A DNA stretch of 64,000 bases from Tricharina praecox (taxonomy: Eukaryota). The stretch is from assembly GCF_024521635.1 (NCBI RefSeq), contig NW_026250419.1, forward strand, positions 744,001-808,000. Reading direction: 5' to 3'. This document shows positions 12,801-26,600 of this stretch, piece by piece (the first letter of the stretch is position 1; every line of letters starts with the position of its first letter). The notes beneath the pieces were generated by a model that worked only from the letters and a program-made list of their open reading frames with translations, had not been told where the DNA came from and did not search any database. A program made the translations under genes and the position numbers.

Positions 12801-13201
12801 CTGAGAAGGCTGTGAGGCTGTGAGAAGATTGCATAGAGAGGAGTAGGGCTGAAATTTACCTTGCAAGCGGCTGGTAGCCGTAATGTCGGGGTCGAACTAA
12901 TAGGTCAGGATGTATCATATCGACAGCCGTAGTTCAAATAGAGGATCTTCCAGTCAAGTGTACATAAAATCAGGAATGTAGAATCCAACGGTTCGGTTCC
13001 CTTTGACACAAAGATGGAATGGATGCCGCTAACTGTATTCGGGTATTGTCATCCCAAAGTTGTTGATTTCGAGTTGTTGCTCTGTCAACCCAGTCCACCT
13101 CTCTCTTTCCTCCGCATCGCACATCCTTCGGGACATTCCCGCGCCATTCCTTCCCTTCCACTCCTCTCTTACACTCAATTACTACCCATAATACATTCAC
13201 C

Positions 13202-14409
13202 ATGAGTTCCACATGTCGCGAGTACGGCAGTATCCGCTCCTCCTCCCCGTCGCCTTCGGTCATGCTTCAGGACGACAACCAGGCTATTCGTGAAGGTCAT
13301 CCGGACAGCGATGTCAACCACGACGACAACTCCGAGGCCAATGGAGGAGTTTCTGACCAGCTCCGCGGAGTCATGTGGCTTCTCCTGACCGAGTTGATCG
13401 CATCTGTGAATGCCCTGATCACTCGCTATCTCGAGACCTTTCCCGGAAAGAACTTACACCCGTTCAACATCATTTCCTGGAGAATGACCATCGCTTTCGC
13501 TGTTTGCCTCGCAATTGGATGGTGGAAGAAGGTCTCCCACTTTCCGCTGGGCCGCAGGGATCTCCAGCCATTGTTGTTGCTGCGTGGATTGGGAGGGTTC
13601 GTGGGTGTTGTGGGCTTCTACTGTAAGTTGTCATCTGGTCTGCGAGACGATGCGGGTCTGTCTAACAGGCTGCAGCTGCTCTCGTTTACTTGCCTCTGCC
13701 AGATGCCACGGTGATCAGCTTTCTCGTGCCGACACTGGTGGGCATAGCCTGTGCGATCATCCCAGCCATTCGGGAGCCCTTCACCCTCATCGAGAGGCTC
13801 TCCGCCTTTGTTGCGTTCATCGGAGTCGTCCTGATAGCCCGGCCTTCGTTCTTGTTCCTTCCGCTGGATGGAAGTGGATTCACCGCCGCTCCTGAATCCC
13901 AGAGGATCTTTGCAGTTGCGCTCGCCCTGTTCGGCGTGTGTGGCTCCTCGACCGCCTATACGTGTCTCCGCTGGATAGGCAAGCGGACGGACCCGCTCAT
14001 CCCGGTATCATACTTCCTAGGCTTCGGTTCCATCACGTCGATCATCTGCCTCGCCACCGTGCCAGCACTTCCTGGTCTCATCCTACCGGCGGATCGGTTG
14101 GAGTGGGGATGTGCTCTTGTGCTTGGTCTAGGAGGGTTGCCCATGCAGTGGGCTTTGACGAGAGGCATGCAGTTGACAAAAGGGTCGATCGGCTCTCAGA
14201 TCATCGCTTCTCAAGTGATCTTTGCGTTGTTCTGGGAGATGGTGGTTTGGGGTGATTTTCCTGTTGGCACCAGTTTAGTCGGAATTCTCCTCATTATTGG
14301 CAGCCTGACGTTTGTCAACTCCTACAAGGAGAAGAAAGTGGAATGTGTACGAGGGGGTGGGCCAGATGAGGAATCGAGGCTTCTTCCTGTTGATTGTGAA
14401 GCCGTTTAG
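13202..14409 (+). CDS. EamA/DMT-superfamily (DUF6) integral membrane transporter
   Basis: Two exons (intron 13623-13675, GTAAGT...CTAAC...CAG). About 10 hydrophobic segments; motifs LLLLRGLGGFVG, YLPLPDATVISFLVP, GVVLIARPSFLF. Confidence 0.88.
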
Positions 14410-14790
14410 GCCGGGAGGAAAGGAGGTTTGTATGGTCTCCTGCAGACAGGAGAAATGCTACTTTTTGTAGCTGCCCTGTTGGTCGGATCGACTTGCTTAC
14501 TTACTTACTTGCTCGATGCTGATGGCTTAGACTGGGGGAGATGGACGGAATAATACTGCCTTTACATATGTTGTTTGCGTCTACAGTGTGTTGCACCATC
14601 CATCCCCTGCGTGTGGGGGAGACATCTCCGGCTGCTTATTATCCGCCATGTTGAAACCCGGTATCGAAATTACGTGACCGCAATGATCGCCAGCGTATCT
14701 ACACATCCAACATGACCCGACTTATCCGGACTCGGGAGGTACGGGGTAGCACGAAATAATTCAAAGGCATTGCAGCATCGATAGCATGTA

Positions 14791-14839
14791 ATGGCGACAT
14801 CGGATGACTCCAATGACAATCGGTGGGCATGTATATAAA
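14791..14839 (+). promoter_or_regulatory. Putative promoter of the TauD gene: near-match CYS3/MetR site and TATA box
   Basis: ATGGCGACAT (14791-14800) matches 9 of 10 positions of the CYS3 consensus ATGRYRYCAT. TATATAAA at 14832-14839 lies about 55 bp upstream of ATG 14893. Confidence 0.45.
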
Positions 14840-14892
14840 TCGGATCACGAGCGTAAATACGTACGGACGAACCATCGTTAATTCAAAGCATC

Positions 14893-16204
14893 ATGGCACC
14901 GGCAATTGTCACTATCGATGGGTCCCCGCTGTCAGTCGACCTGACGTCTGGAGTTCCCTACAAAGACTATGACCGCGGCTATCTCAACAAAGAAAGGGAG
15001 CTCCATGGGCACGGGAAACATGCGCCTGCTACGCACCCGGAGTATCTGCCTACACTGGAGCTCACTGGTCCGAAGGAAAATGGCGGGGTGTAAGTTCCTC
15101 ATTCCTTTGCAGGACGGAGAGAAAACTGACTTGTGTATAAAAGTTACTATCCATTAGAGGAATATACACACACCGAGCACGGCAAAGATGCGGATCCCAC
15201 CTTCCCCCACCTGCTCCCCAGCGATGGCAGCGTGACCTGGGACAACCTTACGCCGCGCTTCGGTTCCGAAGTCCGCGGGGTCCAGCTCTCGTCCCTTGAC
15301 TCGGCCGGCAAAGACGAGCTCGCCCTCTTCGTGGCGCAGCGCGGCGTCGTCGCCTTCCGAGATCAAGACTTCGCCTCCCTTCCGATCTCGCAGGCCCTCG
15401 AGTTCGGCGGCTACTTCGGACGCCACCATATCCACCCCGCCAGCGGCCAGCCAAAGGGCCACCCCGAGATCCATCTCGTCCACCGCGGAGCGGACGATCC
15501 CACGCTCGGCGACATCTTCAAGACGCGGACTTCGAGCGTCGCCTGGCACTCGGACGTAACCTACGAGAAGCAGCCGCCGGGAACCAGTCTGCCCCCCTTT
15601 CCCCCCCTCTCATATCTCCACTAAACCCGCCTCCAGCCTTCCTGTACATCCTCGACACCCCCACAGACGCAGACGGCAAAGTCTCAGGCGGCGACACGGC
15701 CTTCGTCTCGATGACAGAAGCGTACGACCGTCTCTCCCCACTGTTCCGCGAGCGCCTCGCCGGCCTCCGCGCAACCCACAGCGGGATCGAGCAATCCGCC
15801 GCTGCCGCCGCACGCGGCAACGTTGTCCGCCGCCCACCAGTGGTCAACAGCCACCCACTGGTGCGCACGCACCCCGCCACAGGCCGCAAGGCCCTCTTCG
15901 TCAACCCGCAATGTATTCCCACCCTCCCCGCCCCACACACATATACTGACCCCCCACCCCGCCGGCAGTCACACGCCACATCGAACACCTCAAGCTCGAG
16001 GAGTCGGAAGCGCTGCTGAAGTTCCTGTACGACCACACAGCGTACGGCGTCGACTTCCAGGTGCGTGTCAAGTGGGCGCCGGGAACAGTCGTGGTGTGGG
16101 ATAATCGCGTGGTTATGCACACTGCCCTGCTAGATTGGAATTCTGGTGGCAGGAGACATCTCGCCAGGATCACGCCGCAGGCGGAGGTGCCGGTTGAGGG
16201 TTGA
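14893..16204 (+). CDS. Alpha-ketoglutarate-dependent sulfonate/taurine dioxygenase (TauD/Jlp1 family)
   Basis: Introns 15090-15143, 15587-15636 and 15913-15968 restore frame. HxD motif WHSDVTYE, GGDT, HPLVRTHPATGRKALFVN, VVWDNRVVMH, RHLARITPQAE. Confidence 0.94.
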
Positions 16205-18320
16205 GGAATGGTGATGTGTATGTGTGTTTGAATTGAGAGAAGAACTGGACTTGACTTGGTTGATGTAATTATACGAGGAAAATGGGAAAGATGGGAAATG
16301 GAACTGCGTATAAAGGAAACGAGACCGTGTAAACGGCGGATGAAGCCGGGCTTCAGACAGAGGATCTGACGATAACTGGCCGTCGCCGGACTCGGGCTCG
16401 GGCTGTGGGCTTAAAGGCCATGAAAGCTGTAGCTATGCAAAAGGACAGAGTACAGAGAAAAGTAGCAGTGACTCGGGAACAGGCAATAAGACGCATAACA
16501 TCCACATGTATCATACCTTATGCAGGCAGCCGAGTGACAGAAGTTCCGAGTGACAGGAAGAGGAGTGAACCTCGGGCGAATACGAAGCGAGACTTTTTAT
16601 CGAGCACCTACCTCTGTGTGTACGCATCCGGTATCCGTAACCGCGCTTAACGCTAGATACCGTTCCTCCTCTGCGTTGTCCAGTGCGGCCGGCATGACCC
16701 TGCAAGCAGCAAAAGCCCCATAAAAATGAAGAAAGAAAAAACGTAAGCCACAAAAACACACAGACGTGAGCGATCAGCCCTACTAGGTAGTAGGAAGAGT
16801 AGGGAGGGAGCCGTCATCGGCCGGGGTCGGGGTCAGGGTTGGGGCCGGGCGTACTGGGCTACGCTATTTCAAGCCACAAAAGGAAAAGGAAAAGGAAAAG
16901 GAAGGGAAAGAGGTGGATTGTGGAGCGTGTGAAACCCCGAGAGCTGTGCCGGTATGGTAGATGGAAATGTAGATAGGTACATGGTACTGCCGAATTCGAG
17001 GTCGTGATGCAGAATGTGATACACGATCGGTGAGGTTCGATGTTTTCGTTTTTGTACGGTACATACCTGGTACGTGACTCGAGGTCTAAGTACGCAGGCT
17101 TCGGGTTTTCAGTGATACATACCGTATGCTCGGCCAGCTTGAGCTTTGTACACTAGGTATAGTTCAACCCGAGCTCTCGAGAGTGGAGCTCACGCCCACG
17201 AGCATCCCCGTAGGTAAAAGATATCCGTCTACAGCCTTCTCCTCCACAGTCTCGCACCAATTCACCCCGCCCACTGGAACTGAAACCGGCCGTCGGAGCG
17301 TCGGAGCATGGATGCCAGCGCCGTGCGGACATCACTCGCGTCGGAGATCACTCGCGTCGGCAACCTGTGCCGGGGCCGGGGCCGGGGGAAGGTGGGCCCG
17401 AGACAGTGAGCGGGCGGAGCACAACTGTGGAGATACATACCTCATGCCGTATTCGCGGCCGGATTCCGCGAGATCAGATTCCGCGCGGCTCAATTCCGCG
17501 AGAGGGAGCCAGGGAGAGTGAGTGAGCGATTAGCCAAGTACCGATTAGCTATATACCGACGACCGAAGACGATCAGCGACGACGCTCGGCAGAGACGTGG
17601 TCACAAACCCAAATAAGTAAGAAGTAAGTAAGCAGGCAGGTACGTAATTGGTCTATCCCCCGCCCGCCCCGCCCCGCCCGCTCGTTCATCCATTCATCGC
17701 CGTCGTTCATCCATCCATCGCCGTCAGCCATCGTGATGTTCATAAACTGTCGCCGCCACCGCCACCACCAATCCCCGCCACCAATCCCCGCCACCAATCC
17801 CCGCACATTCAGCCAGCCAGCTAACCAGCCAGCCAGCTCCCTAACTAACCATTTTATCCATCCAGCCAGCGAACCAGTCCGCCAACCAGGAAGCAAGCCA
17901 CAAATCAGCAGCAAACCAGCCGGTTGGCCTACATAGATATCCGGCCCACAGTCCAGTCCACAGTCCGGACCGCAGCCCGATCCCCACCCGCCTAATCCCC
18001 ATCATGATTCATCCCCATCATCCTCACCATCCAATCCACAGCCCCCCTCTCATATGTATCCCCGCCAACCACAGTCCCTCCACCGTCCAAACGGCAGTAC
18101 CTTCCCCCGTCCTCCCCCCCCCTCCACCACGGCAGTTACGCTCCAGCTCCAGATCCATTCTGCATCTAAAACGTCACGTCACGGCGCGCATCATATACTC
18201 CTAGCCCTTCTTCTAGCCCGCTCCTTCTAGCCCGCTCCTCCTAGTCTCCTCCCTCTCTCTCTAGCCCAACGGTCGGCACAGCTCAGGTCGAGTAAGGTCG
18301 AGTACATAAGGTCGACCCCA

Positions 18321-18371
18321 GGTCAGGTCGGCCCCAGGTCAGGTCGGCCCCAGGTCAGGTCGGCCCCAGGT
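18321..18371 (+). repeat. 16-bp tandem repeat GGTCAGGTCGGCCCCA x3 within an SSR-rich intergenic tract
   Basis: Read directly; flanked by AGGTCG and (AAGGT)n repeats. Confidence 0.9.
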
Positions 18372-18941
18372 CGAGCAAGGTAAGGTAAGGTAAGTTAAAG
18401 TATCAGGTAGCGGCCAGGTAGCGGCCAACCGGCTGGGCATCCAATCATTTATACACAGCACAGCACAGCGCAGCAAGCAAGCAAGCACATCGGCTGGGGC
18501 ACGCTGGATGCGTGGCGGATCCACAAGCCAGAGAGTGCCAGACCGAGAGAGAAAAGAAAAAAAGAAAATAGACAGGCCAAGTAATGGTATTGGCATTGTT
18601 TGTGTGTAGGTAGTAAAGTACAGCCCATCTCTCCCCGCTCCGCTCCGCTATTTCCCCATGCTTATGCGAATGCCTAGATTGCAAGTAAAGAATCGTCTCA
18701 AAGGTATAATCGTTGCAGTCCCCCAACAGAAAACAAATACACCCACTCTCCCCAAAACAAAATGCAACCTTGAATGAGAAAGGTATAGAGAATTATGTGC
18801 AGAAAAGAAAACCGCTTGCATGAAATCAATGAAATAAAAAATGAAAACAAAAGCCCACCCGAACTCCAGAAAAACTCCCTCCAAAAAAAACCAAGACACC
18901 TGATCCCCACCCAACCTCAAGCAAATTACAAAAATGGAAGA

Positions 18942-20987
18942 TTATCCACCGCCTGATGACGATGGATTCCCACCGCCGCCGCCACCGCCGTTCTTTTCTA
19001 TGCTCGATAGTTCGTCGAATTCGTCATATCGGATCTGCGGCCCCACTCCCATAATCTCGTCCTCATCCTCTTCCTCCTCTTCCTCCTCGTCCTCGAGATC
19101 GACTTCCTCGGCCCGTCGTTGCTCGAGATCCCACCAACTCTCCCTCGGACGTCGTTCCGGCCGTTCCCGTTCCCGTTCCCGTTCCCGTTCCCTCCTGTCA
19201 CCCCCCCTCTTGTACCATTCTTCGGCCGCCTCGTGCGTCTCGGCGTCTCGTCGTTCGTACGCCTTCCTGGCCTCAAAGCTCATGTGTTTCCTGTTCCTCC
19301 AAGCCAGATCCCCACCCTCCTCCGCCCCAATCTTTGCGCTCTTCCCCTTGCACTTGCGCAGGCCGAATCCATAATGCGTTTCCGGTATGTATCGCCACGG
19401 CTTCTCGCGAATGGTAAACAGCCAGCAGTCCACAAAACACTGGAATGGTAGGGTGAAAGCAACCACGCAGTGCAGTGGGAAACTAGGGTGTTGTACGAAT
19501 CGATCCGTAAACTGCAAGGCGTGACTGATGAGTGGTGGCACCCACATGAGCGCGTACACCAACGGATAGATGAAGAGTAGCCTCAACTGCCGGCTGATGG
19601 CGATTCGTCTCCGCCGAGCTTCTTCGTTGGCAGTGTCGTTGATCTGTCGTCTCTTGTCGGTGCTCGTACGGTCTTCGACCGAGCTCGGCGGTATCATCAT
19701 TCCGTGTGGGAAAAGTGTTGGGAACGATCCCCTCCTACTGTCGCAGCTGCGAGAGTCCGACGACGACGACAGGTTGGTCCTGTCGTGGAACGGCGCGAGG
19801 AGGGCTTTTGCAAACGGCTGCTCGATCCCGTTCGGCGGCGTTGGCTGGCTGTCCGTGGGCGGCGGGATCAGGCCGTGGGAATCGAGCGAGGGAAGCCGTG
19901 GCGGCTCCTTGGGCTGTTCCGGAGGAGCCAAATCAACAGTCTCCACGTCAAGTGTGGAAGCCCCTACGCTAGTCCGAAACGTCATGAACTTCATGCGCAC
20001 GTAGACGTATATCGCCGCGTAGAGTATGAGGATCTGTTCCCAAGAAAAAATCGTCAGCACGGTGCCGCATTCGCTGGCCCGTCGGAGGGAAGGGGGGCCT
20101 CTCACAGTCAGGAGAATCAGATATCGCGGTATCCATGCTAGAGCCAATCGAAACCAGAACGGCCTGCAGAATCCCAGTCAGCATCATCATCATCGCAACA
20201 AGGCTCCCGGGGAAGGGGACCACCAACCGAACGGGTAGGTAGCAAAAGGTCCCTTGGGCACTGTATGCAGGGGCTTTGTTCACGAATGCCAGAGACGGCA
20301 TCATCACCGAGAAGGCGAACCAGGCCGTGTAAACATAGTATCGATATCTGAAGAGACCACCTTCCCCAACCCTTCCCAGCCCAGGTCTGAAGATGTAGAG
20401 AGCGCTATGGACAGCAATGGCGAGGACGGCGAAATCTGAGGAGAGCAAAAGTCAGTCCCCACACACACACATGTATACACAAGAATTGGGAGAAAAGAAA
20501 GAACATACCCGATGCCTCAATCCCCATCGACATCATGAATCCGGCTGTCTGGCAGAAGCGAGATTCGCTCGAAACGGCGCCTTTGGTGAAGACGACTGCC
20601 GGGTATATCAATTGCCAGCTCGCTTTGTAAAAGTCCGAGAATATCATCAACATGATGAGGCTGGAGGGCGCACCACAAGTCAGTACAAACAGCACAGACA
20701 ACGTACATAAACGTACATATGGTGGGAAGGATCGGGAGGCGGCGGCAAGGCGCATACTGATGTCGGAAACTCCTCTTCATTCGAATAAACCAAAACCCAA
20801 CCAACAATCCGCTCACCATTGACATGCTCGCAGCGGCCAAGGCTATTGAGCGCAGGATATACAGCTGGTCGTCCGACAGCGTCGGGTTGCCCTCGGCCTC
20901 ATCGCTTAGGGTCATCCTTCTCAGACCGTACACCGGATCGTCCGTCCATTTGCTTCCTGTGGCGCCTGCTGGGCTCTCCGATTGCAT
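18942..20987 (-). CDS. Gpr1/Git3-type (carbon-sensing class) G-protein-coupled receptor
   Basis: Five-exon model from ATG 20987. Motifs WFIRMKRSFRH, FCQTAGF, DFAVLAIAVHSALYIF, QGTFCYLPVRPFWFRLALAWIPRY, long third intracellular loop, RQLRLLFIYPLVYALMW, QCFVDCWLFTIREKPW. Confidence 0.92.
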
Positions 20988-22787
20988 AACAACCCAATCG
21001 CCTGGCGCAGAAACTCAACTTCCGCACTGGTATCGGTTCTTCGGTTCTTCGGTTCTTCGGTTCTTGGCTCCTTTGCGTCTCGCTAACCGTCCCCGAAAAT
21101 GCAATCCCACTCTTCCTTCTTCTCCTTCGCCTTGTTCTTCTCTTTCTTGTCTTTCCTGTCTTTCTCGTCTTTCGTCTCCCTACTCCCTGTCGTTCTCCTT
21201 GTCCTTGTCCTTCTCCGTCTCCTTTCCCGAAACGGATATGCTGGTTCGAAATCGGGGAGGGAGGGGGGAGGTAGGTAGCAGTGTATTCGGTATGCCGTAG
21301 TGCTCGAATGCCGTCGAATGGGCTGGCCGTCGAATGGGTGGGGAATTCACGAAGATGGGTTCGAAAAAGACTCGGGCCGTTATTTGAGTCTCCACCAGAG
21401 TTTTGCTCAGCACACTCGTGCGCTGCGTGGAATATGCGGGCCCTTGTCTTTTGAACTTGTGCTAGATTTTTTTAATTTTTTTTTCCTTCTTCTGCACTGC
21501 TCCCAGTATGGGGGTGTTTTTTTTAGGTTGGATTAATTTTTTGGCGCTCTGCAGGCAGGCCTTCAGAGTTGTTGTGCGTGCGTGTTTTTAGCGTGGACGA
21601 ACCCTGGTAGATAGCATTCCGTCACTTCAACAACAGCCGGGGAGCGAGATGTAAACAGAGTAGAGGCAGCAGCGGAGCAGCGGGTGCTAGGGCAGTTCGC
21701 TAGACGAAATTCGATCCACCCCCTCCAAAACAATCTCGCGGCAGTGCCGGGCCGAAAAAAAAATTGATGGTCGTTACGACGGCGGAAAGGGTGGTGGAGC
21801 AGACAGTCGGACAGGGCGAGATGATGAAGCTTTTTTGCTTCGCTCTGGTTTCGGTATTGAGGATGGAGGATGGAGGATCGGGGAGGGGAGGAGGCAGTGG
21901 TGGTGGTGGAGGCGGGCGGCGGGCGGGCTGCGGGCGGCTCTGTAGGTGGATATGAGTCGATATGTTGCCGTTGCGGTTCGGGATCCGCGTCGAGAGTACT
22001 AGGTAGTAGTACAGGCCCAAGCACGATGGTGACCAGTACAATCGAATGGAGCGTGGGCAGGGAGACGGAGGTACAGATGTGAGGAAAGAGAGATACGATA
22101 ACTTAAGATAAGGAATAAAGGATGAGTGATTCCTGAAGAGGAAGAGGGGGGGGCAGGAGGAGGAGGGAGTATGAGAAGGAGGAGGGGTGGGGGGAGGAAG
22201 GGTGGGGGGTGGTGGTTAGGAGGTAGGTAATAGTGACGGGGGAATAAGGAAGAGTGATCGACGAGGAGGAGGAGGAGTGGAGGGGGAGGGGAGCTGAAAG
22301 AGAAGGAGGGAGAGGGGAGAGAGAACGAGCAGCGGCAGCAGCAATAGCAGCAGCACAGCAGCAGCAGAGCCGTGAGCGAGAGAGCGAGCCGGAGCAACCA
22401 GGGGAGAGATGGACGGGCGCTCTCCTCCTCAGATACGTAGGCCGCTCTCAAGCCACCTCTGTTGTTGTTGTGTTGCGCAGCTCAGGTGCTTGCCTGTCTG
22501 TCGCCCGGGGTGGAGGGGGGGAGTGGTGGCCACGAATGAGCAGGCAGGTTGGCATGGTTCCAGTCAGGTTGTGTGGGATAGCGAATGAGAATGGGAACGA
22601 GATGTACGGCGGCGATCGAGCAGCAGCAACCTGCATCCCGCGCACCGAATGGGGAGGGGGGGCTTCACCGATGTCGATTTCACTCACTCACTCACCACTC
22701 TGCACTTTGGTGTCTCTCTAGCAGATAGGGTAGAGTAACTACGGAGAGTCGAGTCGAGCACGTCCGTCGTACGTCCACTGCGACACT

Positions 22788-22837
22788 GGCAACTGGCATC
22801 TGGCAACTGGCATCTGGCAACTGGCATCTGGCAACTG
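22788..22837 (+). repeat. 14-bp tandem repeat (GGCAACTGGCATCT) x3.5
   Basis: Read directly. Confidence 0.9.
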
Positions 22838-23628
22838 ACTGACGAACAGCCGTCCGTGCCATGCCATGTCAACATGCACCCCCGATCCATCCCCCAGCAT
22901 GCCCCATACCAGCCCATGGCAGCCAGCCAGCCCTCTGCGCGAACAGGTCTCGCCCAGCCGGCCATCATCAACTAGGTAGAGTGGAGTAACCATCATTAGA
23001 GCAACTATTGCGACCTTGTTTTGCCCTTGAATCTCGTCCTCCTCGAGCTGCTTCATCGTCCTGCGTGCCCTTGCTCCGTGAAATGAGCAGGCAGATCCGG
23101 TACGTACGGTACCCACTCTGTCAGTAACTAGGTCGACAAGTCACAACCCCAGCCATACATACAGACGATACCTGGAATACCTCAATACCTGATCGCTGCC
23201 GGCGACGAAGAGAGCAAGCACTCGCGATTCGCGACTCGCGGGGAAACACGCACTCTTGCACGTACGTACGTACCGAGTGCAGGTACCCAAGTCGTGCACC
23301 GTACTGTACAAGGCGAGTTGTATCTGATTCTGATTCTGGATGAGGCAGAGGGGGGGGGGGGGCACGTTACTATAGATAGAGTGCAACAACGACTGTTGGG
23401 TTGGGTATGGAGTAACTTGGGTTTGGGTTTGGGTGTGAGTTGTGGTTGGGGTTGGGATGGGTCGGGCCACCATGGGGGGTATGTAAAGCAAAAGCGTGGG
23501 TGGTAGGTGGAGGTGGATATGAACAGAACAAGCAACACCCATGGGGCATGAGCCAAGCAGTCGAGCTCGTTCAAGGACTCAAGGCTTCTCCTCCCGTGAT
23601 TCGCGGTTTGGCAAGTTCGCAAGTTCGC

Positions 23629-23629
23629 C

Positions 23630-23672
<43 letters not shown>
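23629..23672 (+). repeat. (CAA)n microsatellite, about 14 units
   Basis: Read directly. Confidence 0.95.
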
Positions 23673-26600
23673 CGAGACCCGGCCCCTCCAAACGCCGTCG
23701 TATCTAACTAGGGCGTCTATCTACCTCTACCTACGTGGAGTACACACGACGACGGCTCTATTCCGAATCCCACGCCGACCGATGAATGGCTCCTCCCACC
23801 TCCCCACCTAACCTCCGCTCCCTACCGAAACTACCGGAAGAGCTCCTGACTCCTGGGTTCTGAGTTGATGCTCATTTCGACAGTTCCGAAACCGACCAGC
23901 TCCGTTCTACCTACCCAGACAGTACTACGGAGCCCGAGTTTCCTCCGACGCTCCACTGTCTGTCCGGTGCTATGTAACTCACTCACACATCGAGGACGTC
24001 ACCACCCACCACCACCCCCACCTGTGTGTCTTCCCCGTTGCCCCACCAGCTAACAGCTGGCAAGAGCAGCCGCCGATCTTCCCTCGCTGTCGTTGCCGCT
24101 GCTGTCGTTGTCGCTTTCGCTGCTGCTGTCAGCCACGCCAGAGGTGACAAGTTACATATGTAGAGCGCAACCTCGGGATTCTCGCCGAGGAAGGCTCGGA
24201 TCAATGTGCAACACTAATCGGTGGCTGCTGCAAGATCAGCATGATCAGCAGTATCAGCTTGGCAGTTTTGCAGTTTGGCAGCTCGGCAGCTGGATCGTGG
24301 CGTAAATGGTAAGTAAGGTAAGTGTTCCGTCACCTGCTCTCGCGCGCGCGCTTGTGGGTGCGTGTGTATGTCGGCGTGTATGTGTATGGGTGAGTGACGA
24401 TCGGTTGTATTTATGTAGATAGTGACAGGAGAGTGACGGGAAAGTCGAGGCCAGTGAAGTAGAGTACCGTGGAGTACCGTGAGTAAACATCCACCGTCTT
24501 TCGTCTCCACGAAACACCGCAAAAATCAATTGGCCCGGAACGATTCCACGTCTCCACGATTCCACGTCTCTTCCGCGATTGTGTACCCAGATCTTTCCGG
24601 CCGGCAGATCCCCCCTCCAATATCCATCGATCAAGCTGAAGTCTAGACGAAGCCTCGTCCTCGTATCCTGCTCCATCCATGCTCATCCAAGCCAAGTCAC
24701 TTCAAGCCAAGCTCACACTCGGATCCTCCCCGGTCTTCGGATGCTTCCCGGCTACGTACGCTGACGGGGTCTCAGGTCTCAGGTGTCGGGCGTCGCAGCC
24801 GGAGCCGGGGAGGACTCGGGCGTCGGGGGAGGGCGACGGGGGATAAGGTAAGCATTCCCGGACCCCACAGTCTGGAGTCTGGCCAGGCCTTGCTTTGGCA
24901 GCTTCGCTTTGCCGCGCCGCAGCGCTCGCGCGCTACGATACGGTATATACGAGGAAGAAAAAAAGAAAGAAAGAAGGAAAGAAAGAAGGAAGGAAGGAAA
25001 GATGGAAAGATGATCTCTTTGTGCTTTGCGCTCGTATTGTAACGTACGGCCTAGGTATGCTATGTACTGACTCGTATCCCTGAGGTAGCGCGCACTCACC
25101 GAGCTGCGAGCTGCGGTCTGCGGTCTGTGATTCCTTTCCTCTTATGATATGCACGCTCCGCTCCGCTGCGCTCGGAACGAAGCGAGGGAGCGAGGGAGCG
25201 AGGGAGCGAGGAAGGAGCTGTCGGAACGAGGGAAGGTGAGGAAGGAGCTTTGAGCTTCGACGAGCTGTCGAGCTGTCTGTCTGTCCGTCCGTCGGATGAA
25301 TGGAATGGAATGCGCGGACGACAGCCGCTCTGGTCGCTTCCTAGGGAGGTATTCATGCTCCCGCTCCCGGGGACCTCTCGTTTGGGATAATCTGGCGAGA
25401 ATCTATCTATGCGACTCTATGCGACTCTCACTTCACCTTTGCTTTCAATAGCACGACACGATAACTAGCACCTACCGGAGAAGGCGACCGGAGCAGGCGA
25501 GCGGACTTAAAGGCCACTTGCATCCACAGCTTCAGCCTCCACGCGCCGCACGCCCTTACTTGTTTTACCACCGCACCGCACCCCACCGCAGGGCGCCCGT
25601 CTACTAACGACTCCATCTATATCTGCCTACAGGCACAACCACCACCACAGCAACCACCCTCACGGAACAGCTCCCACCACCACGAGCACCACCACCACCA
25701 CCACCACCGCCACCACCACCGCCACGAGCACCACCACAACCACCACGTCGAGTGAAGCAGTTGTTCGCGAGCGTGCACCCTCCACCTTTACATTTACTCC
25801 GGGTATCCTTGCCACACATCCACCTTATCCATCGCCCCGAGGCGAAATGGAATAAAATCCAGCAGCTGCGGCGGCCGAGTGCGGAGGACAGACGTGGTGG
25901 TGCTGTAACATGTATGTGCTGGCACTCTCAACCCATCCTTTCGGGTGCGGCTACCTTTGGTGGATGCTTTGCGTCACCAAACCTCCACGGTAGTTAACTG
26001 CTGCTCTGCTGGATGGATGGATGGAGAGAGAGACTGAAGGGCGGGGCCGGTTGATGGAGAGGAGAGTTGACCTGTCGATCGAGAGTGAGGGAAAGAAAGA
26101 GAGAGAGAATGCGGTTATCCGAACATCACAGGCACTTGCTCGTTCCTGTTCTTGTTCCCGCACATCCTCTCTCGCTCTCGCTCTCCCCTCCAATCCTCTT
26201 CCTCTCCTTCTCCGTCCCCTCGCACTCTCCCATCGCATCCGTGACAGGTATCTCTCCCCTCCCCGTAGTTAAACGTGCACACCAATACCTCCTACTCCCC
26301 TCAATCTACCTTCCGTCACGTACCGTATTCTCCACACTCTACACACCTACGTTTGTATTGTGCGCACCCCCATCCCCTCCCGCGCCGCGCCGGTTCCGGG
26401 GGGTGCGCGGGTGGTGGGAGGGGTGTGTGGGGTGGTGGCCATTGCGTCCGGCCGTGGTGCCGGATATTTAATTTCGCTTGTTGCTAGCCTGCACACGGTC
26501 TCGACGATCACCAGCACCAGCACCAGCACCAGCATCTGTTTCTGCTTGTGTTTCTGCTTTTGTTTTTTGTTTTTTGTTTTTTTATGTTTCTTTCTTGGGA

